Sequence record: OZ335962.1
DNA: 64,000 nt
Direction: 5' to 3' (one strand)
From: a phage
Position numbers and translations under genes: made by a program
The notes under the pieces: model-generated
Database searches by the model: none
Told to the model about the DNA's origin: nothing
The model's input: only the letters and a program-made list of their open reading frames with translations
In this document: positions 9,730-18,617 of the stretch, piece by piece
How the letters are laid out: every line of letters begins with the position of its first letter
Position numbering within the stretch: the first letter of the stretch is position 1

Positions 9730-10053
9730 TTAGTCTTCTATGATATCTCTATCATATCCAAGTGAAATGAGAGTTTCTTTGAAGTGTTTAATGTTCTTTT
9801 GTCTAGAATCATTAATGAAAATGACTGGATAACGAATATTAAGAGATGTGAATCCAGCGCGTTTAGCAAGAGATACAATCAGTGGACGATCATACTCAAT
9901 CTTACCATTATTTGTAAGAACTTTATAGAAAGTAAAAGGAGCATTGAGCTCCTTTAAAAGTTTTGTAACTGATTGACATCCAGGACAACGACCAACTTCA
10001 TCTGGAATTCCATAGACTTCAATCTTATTCTTTAAGTTCGAGTTTTGTTCCAC
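9730..10053 (-). CDS. nrdH: Glutaredoxin-like redoxin (NrdH-like, CPGC active site)
   Basis: KIEVYGIPDEVGRCPGCQSV... CxxC redoxin fold; GTG start 10053-10051 with SD aagga; ORF-track N-terminal extension overlaps upstream gene; sits between 55 and nrdG as in T4. Confidence 0.55.
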   Translation of the reverse strand: MEQNSNLKNKIEVYGIPDEVGRCPGCQSVTKLLKELNAPFTFYKVLTNNGKIEYDRPLIVSLAKRAGFTSLNIRYPVIFINDSRQKNIKHFKETLISLGYDRDIIED

Positions 10054-10336
10054 GAGAAATAATTCCTTGATAAGCCCAATATGGCGGATTAACAGAATCC
10101 TCACCAGAATTTTCTTCAGGAAAATAAACCTGGATAACAAATCCAGATGCATCAAAGGTAAAATAAACTGTAGGTAATTCACCTAACAATTCAGCACGAT
10201 TATTAATTTCTTCGAGTTCTCGTTCACGTCCGGCCCAAAAACTAGGATTTAGACTACATTCATAGAAATAATAGTCATTACCGAACATATCAAAACCTTT
10301 CCAACTCTCTACCACATATCGCTCAAAACTAATCAT
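10025..10336 (-). CDS. Hypothetical protein
   Basis: 103-aa ORF upstream of nrdH. Confidence 0.45.
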   Translation of the reverse strand: MISFERYVVESWKGFDMFGNDYYFYECSLNPSFWAGRERELEEINNRAELLGELPTVYFTFDASGFVIQVYFPEENSGEDSVNPPYWAYQGIISRGTKLELKE

Positions 10337-10338
10337 AA

Positions 10339-10554
10339 TTAAGCCTTTTTATCAAGAACAGCATTCAGCTTGTTAGTAATTTTATCCAGGCGCTCATTGA
10401 ACTCGCTAGAAGATAGACCTTTTTCTGGAGAAATCAAACTAATTACGAAAAATATAACAATAAAAGGAATAAGGAAAATAGCTCCAACTGCCATAAACAG
10501 AAAGAATGTTACAGTTGTAAGAAAATCAGCTAAACCTTTACGAAATTTATACAT
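10339..10554 (-). CDS. Small membrane protein (71 aa)
   Basis: Hydrophobic core VTFFLFMAVGAIFLIPFIVIFFVISL; ATG with SD. Confidence 0.5.
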   Translation of the reverse strand: MYKFRKGLADFLTTVTFFLFMAVGAIFLIPFIVIFFVISLISPEKGLSSSEFNERLDKITNKLNAVLDKKA

Positions 10555-10669
10555 ATTTTACCCTTAATTGATTAACCAAGCATTGATAAGCACTAAACTA
10601 TATTGCGAATAAAATTCTGGACCAAAATGAAAAATCATATCATTTATAGTGTCCATAATATAATTCAAT

Positions 10670-11140
10670 TTAATCATGTTTCCACACCCCATCGGTATTT
10701 GACCAAAGTCGCTGATTATCTGATCCTCGCCACAGCTTTTTGGTCGGAAGATTTTTCTCATACTTCCCATCAATAATAACATCAACATATTTAAGCATTT
10801 CTAGTTGTTTAATATCTTCAAACTTATATCCTGTCCACAACCAAATGCTTTTATTGGGATAAAGATTTTTTACTGTTTGAACAATGCAATGAATAACATC
10901 TCGGTTATCAGGATAAAGAGGGTCACCTCCAGTTATAGTTAATCCTTCTATATAATCATTATTCAAACATTCAATTAATTGTTCTAGTGTTTCACCAGTG
11001 AATGGAACGCCATTTCTAGCATTCCATGTTGATTTATTATAACACCCTTCGCATTTATGCAAACAACCTGTAACGAAAAGAACGACCCTGCATCCAGGGC
11101 CATTCACAAAATCGCAGGGATAAAATCTATCGTAATTCAT
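10670..11140 (-). CDS. nrdG: Anaerobic ribonucleotide reductase activating protein NrdG
   Basis: 156-aa ORF with radical-SAM cysteine cluster CLHKCEGC; matches recalled T4 NrdG. Confidence 0.9.
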   Translation of the reverse strand: MNYDRFYPCDFVNGPGCRVVLFVTGCLHKCEGCYNKSTWNARNGVPFTGETLEQLIECLNNDYIEGLTITGGDPLYPDNRDVIHCIVQTVKNLYPNKSIWLWTGYKFEDIKQLEMLKYVDVIIDGKYEKNLPTKKLWRGSDNQRLWSNTDGVWKHD

Positions 11141-12954
11141 TGGTGTTTAACCCTATGCATGATTTCTTTATTTTTGCCGAGATTAAATCCGCGTTCGTTC
11201 GGATTTCCCAAATAACCACAAGTTCTTCTTATTGTGTTCATCTTTTTAGGATCAGTTTCTCCACAAATAGAACAAACAAATCCGTTTTCAGTAGGAGTCA
11301 TTTCATGTGTACTTCCACACGTAAAACATTTATCTACTGGCATATTAACACCAAAATAATCTAAATGTTGTGCAGCATAATCCCATACAGCCTCAAGACC
11401 TTTTAGGTTATTTTTCATATCAGGAAGTTCAACATAAGAAATGTGACCACCTGTCGCAATGAAATGATATGGTGCTTCTCGAGAAATCTTTTCAAACGGA
11501 GTAATATTTTCTTCTACTGAAACGTGGAAACTATTAGTGTACCATCCTTTATCAGTAACATCTTTTACACTTCCATATTTCTCAGTATCAAGTTTACAGA
11601 AGCGATAGCACAGATTTTCAGCAGGTGTAGAATACAAACTAAAAGCAAAACCGGTTCTTTCAGTCCACTGTTTAAGACGAGCATTCATTTTAGTTAAAAT
11701 TTCCTGTCCAATATCACGACCGACAAGAATATTCAATTCGTGAATACCAATGTATCCTAAGGACACTGAACTTCTACCGTTTTTAAATAACTCAATTATG
11801 TCGTCATCAGGTTTAAGACGAACCCCGAATGCACCTTCTTGGTAAAGAATAGGAGCAACAATCGCTTTAACTCCTTTTAAGGAACTAATTCTACACATCA
11901 AAGCTTCAAAACACAAATCCATTCGTTCATTGAACAATTCGGCAAATTTCTGTTCATTGAATTGTGTTCCAATATAAGAATCTAACGCAATACGAGGAAG
12001 ATTCAGTGTTACAACACCAAGATTATTACGTCCATCAAGAATTTCATTACCAGTCGAATCTTTCCATACGCTTAAGAAACTACGGCAACCCATTGGAGAA
12101 ACAGGAATAGATGAACCGGTGATAGCTTTATTGTTCTTAGCTGAAATAATATCAGGATACATTCTTTTGCTTGCACACTCTAAAGCAAGCTGCTTAATAT
12201 CATAGTTCGGATCATCTTTATAAAGATTAACACCTTCTTCAACGAACATAACAAGTTTAGGGAAAATAGGAGTTATCCCATCGCGACCAAGGCCTTTAAT
12301 ACGATTTTTCAGAATTGCTTTCTGAATCATTCGTTCAGTCCAGTCAGTTCCAGTACCAAATGTAATTGTTACAAAAGGCGTTTGTCCGTTTGAACTAAAG
12401 AGAGTATTTACTTCATATTCATAAGCTTGGAATGCATCGTATACGTCTTTTTCTGTTTTAGATTGGGCGTAATTCAACGCATCAGCGATTTGCCATTTTT
12501 CTGCATCCTCAATATGTTTTGCATAGGTGCGTTTAACATAAGGAGAAAGTACTTTATCTACATTCGCAAAAGTCGTTCCACCATATTGATGAGAAGCAAC
12601 CTGCGCAGTAATTTGTGCCATAATTGCAGTAGCAACGCCGATTGATTTAGGAGTTTCAATCTGCGCATTACCGAGCTTAAATCCATTCTCAAGCATTCCT
12701 TTTAAATCTACTAAACAGCAATTAGTAAATGGAAGAGCAGGTGAATAATCAATATCATGGAAATGAATAATTCCGCTTTCATGCGCTTTCATAATAAAAG
12801 ACGGGACCATATTTTTGGCAATGTGTTTAGACACAATACCAGCCATAAGGTCCCGTTGAGTTGGAAAAACACGAGAATCTTTATTAGCATTCTCGTTTAA
12901 AAGGTCTTTATTAGTTTTATGAATCAATCCTTCAATTTCTTTTTCAATTGTCAT
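11137..12954 (-). CDS. nrdD: Anaerobic ribonucleoside-triphosphate reductase NrdD (uninterrupted, no intron)
   Basis: 605-aa continuous ORF; C-terminal glycyl-radical region RRTCGYLG and Zn-ribbon cysteines CFTCG...CSICG; length equals recalled T4 NrdD. Confidence 0.93.
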   Translation of the reverse strand: MTIEKEIEGLIHKTNKDLLNENANKDSRVFPTQRDLMAGIVSKHIAKNMVPSFIMKAHESGIIHFHDIDYSPALPFTNCCLVDLKGMLENGFKLGNAQIETPKSIGVATAIMAQITAQVASHQYGGTTFANVDKVLSPYVKRTYAKHIEDAEKWQIADALNYAQSKTEKDVYDAFQAYEYEVNTLFSSNGQTPFVTITFGTGTDWTERMIQKAILKNRIKGLGRDGITPIFPKLVMFVEEGVNLYKDDPNYDIKQLALECASKRMYPDIISAKNNKAITGSSIPVSPMGCRSFLSVWKDSTGNEILDGRNNLGVVTLNLPRIALDSYIGTQFNEQKFAELFNERMDLCFEALMCRISSLKGVKAIVAPILYQEGAFGVRLKPDDDIIELFKNGRSSVSLGYIGIHELNILVGRDIGQEILTKMNARLKQWTERTGFAFSLYSTPAENLCYRFCKLDTEKYGSVKDVTDKGWYTNSFHVSVEENITPFEKISREAPYHFIATGGHISYVELPDMKNNLKGLEAVWDYAAQHLDYFGVNMPVDKCFTCGSTHEMTPTENGFVCSICGETDPKKMNTIRRTCGYLGNPNERGFNLGKNKEIMHRVKHQ

Positions 12955-13424
12955 TTTAAACTCTTTCTAAGCTGCTTCTTAAATGAAGCTATTAATTGTG
13001 TTTTAGTGTCAGATTCATTATATTCAAATCCTCTTTGAAGCATCTCAGCCATCATTTCCTCTTTTCCTAAACGAGAAAATTCCTTTGATTTATCTCCAAC
13101 GAAGTTAGGGTGAATATTATTTTGGGTGTAATCGGATTTTAAATAAGTAAGTAAATTTTCTAACCATTCAAGATAATCAACGCCTTGTCCCTTTAAGCCA
13201 GAACGATTAAATTTGTGCTTCATTTGACCTTCCGCTGCATTGCAAAGATTACAGAGCAATCCACGTACCTTTCCTGCTTTTGGTCCATTTAATTCATGGT
13301 CATGGTCAAGGTGATTAGCTTGAACATCAGGATTTAGTTCTCGTTGGCAAATTAAGCATTTACCGTTTTGTGCGTTATAAAATTTTTGTTTTTCTTCTTT
13401 ATATAATTTGCCAGTCAATAACAT
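12951..13424 (-). CDS. 49: Endonuclease VII (Holliday-junction resolvase) gp49
   Basis: 157-aa ORF MLLTGKLYKEEKQKFYNAQNGKCLICQREL...HLDHDH; matches recalled T4 gp49. Confidence 0.9.
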   Translation of the reverse strand: MLLTGKLYKEEKQKFYNAQNGKCLICQRELNPDVQANHLDHDHELNGPKAGKVRGLLCNLCNAAEGQMKHKFNRSGLKGQGVDYLEWLENLLTYLKSDYTQNNIHPNFVGDKSKEFSRLGKEEMMAEMLQRGFEYNESDTKTQLIASFKKQLRKSLK

Positions 13425-13465
13425 AATAAACCCTTACCTTAAATAGATAAGGGTATTTATTATTT

Positions 13466-13642
13466 TCAAGTATTGTAAAACATTCGATGCAATCGCTTAT
13501 ATTGTCGAATCATCTTTTTAGTAGGACGAGAATAAGTTCCTACACAAGTGGTCATATTAGGGTCTGTAGAATTTCCTTTAATAAAAAGTTTCCAGACTTT
13601 ACCACCATTTAGCTTTTCAGTATAAATCAATTCAGTTTTCAT
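13466..13642 (-). CDS. Hypothetical small protein (58 aa), not in ORF track
   Basis: ATG 13642-13640 overlapping upstream stop (TAATG); MKTELIYTEKLNGGKVWKLF... Confidence 0.35.
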   Translation of the reverse strand: MKTELIYTEKLNGGKVWKLFIKGNSTDPNMTTCVGTYSRPTKKMIRQYKRLHRMFYNT

Positions 13643-14088
13643 TAGAATGGCCTATCAGAAAAAGAAATTTGAGTTTCAAGCCATTCAATATATTCTGCCG
13701 CAGCTTGCATCAAATTTCCTTCATAACCATCGTTATTTTCTTGTGCAGCTAATTTAGCTAATGCGTATGAAATGCGTTCACCTTGAAAAGCGGCTTTAGG
13801 TTTATGAATAACTTGATCAACTCGTTCTACAACTTCTTCAATTTCGCCATTTTCTGCTGATTCAGTATTCCACAAGCACCAATATGTAATTGGCTTATCA
13901 TAGATGTTAATAATCTTTCCATCAGAAAGTTCAATTTCAATAATTCCAGTATCAGGTTCTATGTCATCTTCACATTCTTTTACAAGTTCACGAACTTTAA
14001 AGACAGTACCTGCACTAAGTTCCGGCCAGTAATTACACAGCCCTTTATCAGCACGATTAATTCTAAACCACTTATCTACTGCAATCAT
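13642..14088 (-). CDS. Hypothetical protein
   Basis: ATG 14088-14086 with SD ggag 7 nt upstream, downstream of early promoter 14129-14157; ORF-track start 14106 is TTG. Confidence 0.5.
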   Translation of the reverse strand: MIAVDKWFRINRADKGLCNYWPELSAGTVFKVRELVKECEDDIEPDTGIIEIELSDGKIINIYDKPITYWCLWNTESAENGEIEEVVERVDQVIHKPKAAFQGERISYALAKLAAQENNDGYEGNLMQAAAEYIEWLETQISFSDRPF

Positions 14089-14128
14089 GTCCCATCTCCA
14101 TATCAATTAAGTCGTTTATCGTCGGTTC

Positions 14129-14157
14129 ATTATATACTGTTTCTTCATCAGTGTAAA
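14129..14157 (-). promoter_or_regulatory. Early sigma70-type promoter
   Basis: Minus strand TTTACA - 17 nt - TATAAT, 40 nt upstream of ATG 14088. Confidence 0.55.
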
Positions 14158-14211
14158 CCGGTTCTTCCGGCTCTGGCTCTACAGTTTCCCATCTAGCCGC
14201 CCACCAAGGTT

Positions 14212-14520
14212 TTATAGCGTAATCCATTCTCGTACTGTCTGAGTTACTACACGTTCACGGGGCTCGACTAGTTCAACAGTCGGAACTGCATAATACCAGT
14301 CAGAATGATAAGAACCTGAGCGAGATTCATTTACAGACACATGAACGTTATGTTTTGGACTAAAATAAATGCACTGCCGGTATTGACATTTGCCGTCTTG
14401 TACCCAATCTTCTATTTCGATAGGTTTAAGATAATCTGAAAAATCGAAATCATAATTTTCTGAAAATGCATCATGGTCTTCAATGATTTCACCCAGAACT
14501 GCATCAACATCGTAAATCAT
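14212..14520 (-). CDS. Hypothetical protein
   Basis: ATG 14520-14518, SD gggg; ORF-track extension overlaps upstream gene. Confidence 0.45.
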   Translation of the reverse strand: MIYDVDAVLGEIIEDHDAFSENYDFDFSDYLKPIEIEDWVQDGKCQYRQCIYFSPKHNVHVSVNESRSGSYHSDWYYAVPTVELVEPRERVVTQTVREWITL

Positions 14521-14522
14521 AT

Positions 14523-14738
14523 TTACCCCAGTTTGACCATACAATCGCCATATTTCCATTTAGAAATAGACTTTTCACCATTAAAATAATAAACTTCGAG
14601 TTTAGCACGATTATTTTTAATTTGAATAACCTTGGCTGTCATCAAAGTTCCATACCCATAATAAACTGCAACCTCATCACCTACATATACCGCGCTTCCG
14701 CGGTAGTCATGGATATAATCAGTTCCTTCGAGCATCAT
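14523..14738 (-). CDS. Hypothetical protein
   Basis: 71-aa ORF; start overlaps nrdC stop. Confidence 0.45.
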   Translation of the reverse strand: MMLEGTDYIHDYRGSAVYVGDEVAVYYGYGTLMTAKVIQIKNNRAKLEVYYFNGEKSISKWKYGDCMVKLG

Positions 14739-14998
14739 TTAAAATATTCCCGCAATTGGTCAAATCCACCAATATAACTTCCATCAGGAGCAAATACTTG
14801 TGGCATCGTCAAACCAATTTGAGTATCACGACCTAGTTTCGTCAGAAGCTCAGCGATTTTCTCATCATCAAAAACACCTTTTTCTGGCATAATGTTGATA
14901 AATTCAAACGGCTGTTTCTTCACAGCCAAAAGACGTTTTGCATTATCGCAATACACACATTTATGGATACTGCTATCATAACCATATACTTTAAACAT
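14735..14998 (-). CDS. nrdC: Thioredoxin/glutaredoxin NrdC
   Basis: 87-aa ORF MFKVYGYDSSIHKCVYCDNAK... with CVYC active site; matches recalled T4 NrdC. Confidence 0.9.
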   Translation of the reverse strand: MFKVYGYDSSIHKCVYCDNAKRLLAVKKQPFEFINIMPEKGVFDDEKIAELLTKLGRDTQIGLTMPQVFAPDGSYIGGFDQLREYFK

Positions 14999-14999
14999 A

Positions 15000-15257
15000 T
15001 TATTCCTTAATTCCTAGTACTTGTTTAAAAGTCTCGTCGTAATCAAGACTTTGGCCCGTTTGTTCTTTATGTTTGTATATAATATCACTTATTTCTGATA
15101 GCATATTTTTATATGAACGAGTTAAAGCAGATTTAAGCACGCTGTATCTATCAGGAAATTTACCGTGTTCATTATAATACGCTATTGCTAATTCACGGAC
15201 TGCCTTTTCAGCAATCTCCATATATTCTTTACGCTTGGTCATTTTCTTCTCGGTCAA
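15000..15257 (-). CDS. Hypothetical protein (nrdC.1 position)
   Basis: 85-aa ORF. Confidence 0.5.
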   Translation of the reverse strand: MTEKKMTKRKEYMEIAEKAVRELAIAYYNEHGKFPDRYSVLKSALTRSYKNMLSEISDIIYKHKEQTGQSLDYDETFKQVLGIKE

Positions 15258-15546
15258 ATCGGTGTTTGCAATGACGGCATTTATAACGAAGATTACTAGT
15301 CTGCCAATGAACTAATTGTACCTGTTCAGTACCGCATTCAGGACAATTAGGAACGTTTTTAGAAGCCCTTTCGCGACGTTCAACCATAGCCATAATGGCA
15401 TCCCAAGCTGGAGGTTTAAAATCTAAATCGTCACAACCATGAATCTTTCCACGCATTTCCAGATCGTCTTCTTCACCAGCCATAATAATTTTAATTAGAC
15501 TGGAATTACTTGAAGCTGCAATATCTTCTAATAGACGCTTTTTCAT
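15229..15546 (-). CDS. Hypothetical zinc-ribbon protein (nrdC.2 position)
   Basis: 105-aa ORF with CPECG...CRHC C4 motif. Confidence 0.5.
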   Translation of the reverse strand: MKKRLLEDIAASSNSSLIKIIMAGEEDDLEMRGKIHGCDDLDFKPPAWDAIMAMVERRERASKNVPNCPECGTEQVQLVHWQTSNLRYKCRHCKHRFDREENDQA

Positions 15547-16472
15547 TTCAGCACCTCAATAGCATTACGTAAACCATTTGCTTTTGCATTAAGAGCTTTT
15601 AACAATTTGGTGTGTTCGGCAATCTGGGCTTCAACTTCAATCAAACGAGCATTGAGATATTCACGTTCTTCGCTCAAGTTATCAATCTTTTCTACTTTAG
15701 GCTCTTTTACAACTGTCTTATATGTATTAGGGTTCTTCAGTTTAATTAGAATGCGTGAACTGTATAACATTGAACCATTATCTTCGGTTTCGTCATACAT
15801 TTCTACTACGTCCATGATTTTTAACATCATGCGAAGTTTATAAGACAACGAACGAATAGTTTTGTTGTGCTTATTAATTTCTTTAGAGTTCATGGTGCCG
15901 AGATTACGTGAGTAATAATAAGGAACCTGGATATTAATTAATACTGATGAACCACCTGGCTTGTGTGTTACTTCATCAGCAATAACCCAGTCCTTAACAT
16001 GAACTGTATTTGTACGGTCATCACCCGCGGTAAACAGTTTGCGAGCATGCTTAAAAAGCATATTCACTTGGGTATTGAATTGACAAGCAAATTTATCAGC
16101 AAATTTAGTTTCAGGAATGGTAGATAGCCAATCAGCTAAATGGGTCTTTTTAACATCGTTAACAATAGTAAATTCAACCAAATCGGTTATAGATGTCGCA
16201 GATTTAATGAAGCTCGGCTTCATAAAGTTTTTAATGTTATCACGAGCTACAGTAGAAGATAACATACGAGAACGTTTAAACCATTCAAGCAAATTGCCTA
16301 ATGAATGAGAATAGGCGTTCTGAGTATCTTTACAGATATGATTTTCCTGGCCAACATATTGAAGGAAATCACGAAGAATATTATTGATTACTGCTCTGTG
16401 TCCGATCTGATAATTACGATGTTTAGTAATAAGACTGTCAAAATAATCAATATAATGTTTACGAGTTTTCAT
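15543..16472 (-). CDS. Hypothetical protein, member 1 of coiled-coil paralog array
   Basis: 309-aa ORF; C-terminal ~50-aa amphipathic coiled coil. Confidence 0.55.
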   Translation of the reverse strand: MKTRKHYIDYFDSLITKHRNYQIGHRAVINNILRDFLQYVGQENHICKDTQNAYSHSLGNLLEWFKRSRMLSSTVARDNIKNFMKPSFIKSATSITDLVEFTIVNDVKKTHLADWLSTIPETKFADKFACQFNTQVNMLFKHARKLFTAGDDRTNTVHVKDWVIADEVTHKPGGSSVLINIQVPYYYSRNLGTMNSKEINKHNKTIRSLSYKLRMMLKIMDVVEMYDETEDNGSMLYSSRILIKLKNPNTYKTVVKEPKVEKIDNLSEEREYLNARLIEVEAQIAEHTKLLKALNAKANGLRNAIEVLK

Positions 16473-16524
16473 GTTCTTCTCACTTGGTTAATGATTTATG
16501 CTCCGAGCCATCCTTGGCTTTAAA

Positions 16525-17526
16525 TTACTTAATTAATTGTAAAGCTTGTTCAAGACGATCTAGGCGATTAACAGATTCTTCCCAAATCCTTTTAGCCTGC
16601 TCATAATCTTTCTGCGCTTTATTAGAAATTTCTAGAACTTCTTTATAAGCTTTTTCTAGTGCAATAACTTCTGGACGAATTTCTACCGGTTCAGGTGAAT
16701 CGTCAAGACATTCCATTAGTTCCTCAAGGGTAGTTTCTTCTTTAGGAGTATTCACAATTTCATCACATTTTTGTTGGTAAATTTCTTTATCAGTCGGTGA
16801 GTACGCACACTTTACTTCACGGAGACTAACTACAATTTTATATCCTTCCCAACCGCATATATTCTTAAAAGGATAAGTATGAATATTTTCTACTGTTTCC
16901 ATACAAAGTAATGCGGTCTCTAACTGACGAGTTATATCGCTAGCAATTGAGAAAAATTTATTAATGTTCTTTTGATTAGCTTCTGGTGTAAAAAATTCAT
17001 AATTCACAAAAATAGCTGCTTTATTTTTATCAAGCTCATATTCTTTTATGATAATCATATCAGAAGCCCAAGGATGGATTTGACGATAATCACCATAGCA
17101 TAATTTAGAAGCTGATTTTAGAAGTTGCTTCTTGAAAAGTCTGAAATTACTAATCCAACGACGAGTAAAAATATTCTCAGGGTCTTCTTTATTATTAAGA
17201 TGATAAGAATTAACATCACCGAACCAATTATATCCTACTACATCTTTAGTTCGTTTAATTTCTTTCCCAAATTTACTAAGAATATCTCTGTTGACTAAGT
17301 ATGAAAGAAGACGAGAACCTTTAAAGGTTTCCTTAATATCATCTTTATATTCGCAACTAGAAATTTTATGAACTTCATGAATAAATTTGTCGGAAGAAAC
17401 AATACTTGCATCAGTATTGTTGAGCCACTGATTGATAATAGAAAGAACACTATTCTGACTAGACATAGATTTAACTTTATCATCAATAACGCTATTGAAT
17501 GATTTGATATATTCGTTACGAGTCAT
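16525..17526 (-). CDS. Hypothetical protein, member 2 of coiled-coil paralog array
   Basis: ATG 17526-17524 with SD gaggag; ORF-track start 17556 lies inside the -10 of promoter 17555-17583; C-terminal coiled coil. Confidence 0.55.
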   Translation of the reverse strand: MTRNEYIKSFNSVIDDKVKSMSSQNSVLSIINQWLNNTDASIVSSDKFIHEVHKISSCEYKDDIKETFKGSRLLSYLVNRDILSKFGKEIKRTKDVVGYNWFGDVNSYHLNNKEDPENIFTRRWISNFRLFKKQLLKSASKLCYGDYRQIHPWASDMIIIKEYELDKNKAAIFVNYEFFTPEANQKNINKFFSIASDITRQLETALLCMETVENIHTYPFKNICGWEGYKIVVSLREVKCAYSPTDKEIYQQKCDEIVNTPKEETTLEELMECLDDSPEPVEIRPEVIALEKAYKEVLEISNKAQKDYEQAKRIWEESVNRLDRLEQALQLIK

Positions 17527-17554
17527 ATTAATCTCCTCAGTAGAAAGTAAGAAC

Positions 17555-17583
17555 ATTATACCACATCCTTGTGGCGAAGTAAA
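17555..17583 (-). promoter_or_regulatory. Early sigma70-type promoter
   Basis: Minus strand (G)TTTACT - 17 nt - TATAAT. Confidence 0.55.
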
Positions 17584-18609
17584 CTAGTTTAGTGCATTTA
17601 GTGCATTGTTCAGTTTAGAACGTTGCTTCGTGAGATTTTTGACTTTTTCTTGAGCTTTTTCTAGTATCTTTTCAGCTTCTAACACTTCATTAGTTGCTTT
17701 AATGAGTTCATCATCTACTGCCTTGATAGACTTCTCAATCGCATCTGCATGCCATTTTTCAACAGGTTTAAGACTCGGATTTTCAACAGGAAGAAAATTC
17801 GCTTTATTGAATTTCCATGCATCCTTATTACCTGAACTATACATCCAAAATTTAGGATCGTTTGATGAGTAATTGGATAAATTTAAGTTATAGTTATCTT
17901 GTACTTCCTGCTTTTTCTCTTGCGGGATTTCGTCCTTTCTCAAAAAATCATATTTAAATGAAACGATCATATCAAGTTCATACGTTGTTGTATGTTCCCA
18001 ATTTCGCTCAAAATGAGGTAAAATCTTAGACTGAACCGCGGCAACTACATCCATATACTTAAATGCTTCTGTCAACTGTGATTTAAGGCATTCACAAATT
18101 GAAAGAGAATTTTTTGTATTAGGTTTAAAGCTAATTCGTGCAGTTCTGTTATTTTCTTTTAATGGTCTTACTTCCATCTGAAGAGTATAACCATCAAATT
18201 TCAGATTCTTTAAGTTAATATCAGAACCTTTTAATCGACTCGCAATTGATAAAATTTGTTTTAATTGTTTACGGAATAGAGCAATAAATCTCCATTCAAT
18301 ACGATAATGATTTGGATTGAAAAATCCAGATGATAAATCGACCTTACTTTGACCAACGCCTTGAACAAATAGAGGATTTTTATAATCAATAGTTTTACAG
18401 AAATCGGTGAGCTGCTCACGAGCAGTCATTTGTGTAATATACCCCGCTTTACTAAAATGACGTAACCATTCACTGCTATTCATATATTTAAAGTGAATAT
18501 CACTATTAACTTTATCAGGGTCTAAATTATTTTGACACAAAAATGTCATAACATCACGAGTATAGCTGGCATTACGAACCATATCTTCAATTTGAGAACG
18601 AGTTTTCAT
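17584..18609 (-). CDS. Hypothetical protein, member 3 of coiled-coil paralog array
   Basis: 341-aa ORF, SD aaggaa; C-terminal coiled coil. Confidence 0.55.
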   Translation of the reverse strand: MKTRSQIEDMVRNASYTRDVMTFLCQNNLDPDKVNSDIHFKYMNSSEWLRHFSKAGYITQMTAREQLTDFCKTIDYKNPLFVQGVGQSKVDLSSGFFNPNHYRIEWRFIALFRKQLKQILSIASRLKGSDINLKNLKFDGYTLQMEVRPLKENNRTARISFKPNTKNSLSICECLKSQLTEAFKYMDVVAAVQSKILPHFERNWEHTTTYELDMIVSFKYDFLRKDEIPQEKKQEVQDNYNLNLSNYSSNDPKFWMYSSGNKDAWKFNKANFLPVENPSLKPVEKWHADAIEKSIKAVDDELIKATNEVLEAEKILEKAQEKVKNLTKQRSKLNNALNALN

Positions 18610-18617
18610 GGTGTTCC

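Noticed and set aside
10564-10788. 74-aa ORF overlapping the 3' end of nrdG
   Set aside because: Overlaps nrdG by 119 nt in another frame; no SD; only a 30-codon tail lies outside nrdG.
11137-12954. Searched nrdD for a group I intron or intron-encoded endonuclease
   Set aside because: The reading frame is continuous for 605 codons with all expected motifs; no insertion present.
13642-14088. Assignment of this 148-aa ORF as the Lon-protease inhibitor Pin on positional grounds
   Set aside because: I cannot recall the T4 Pin sequence well enough to confirm, and the size differs from the 161 aa I recall; left as hypothetical.
17527-17556. N-terminal extensions in the ORF track (for example starts at 7827, 14106, 17556, 19529, 21957, 30591, 37459, 41543, 57230)
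   Set aside because: These start codons are GTG/TTG without SD, or lie upstream of or inside the mapped promoter; an in-frame ATG with a good SD exists downstream and was used.
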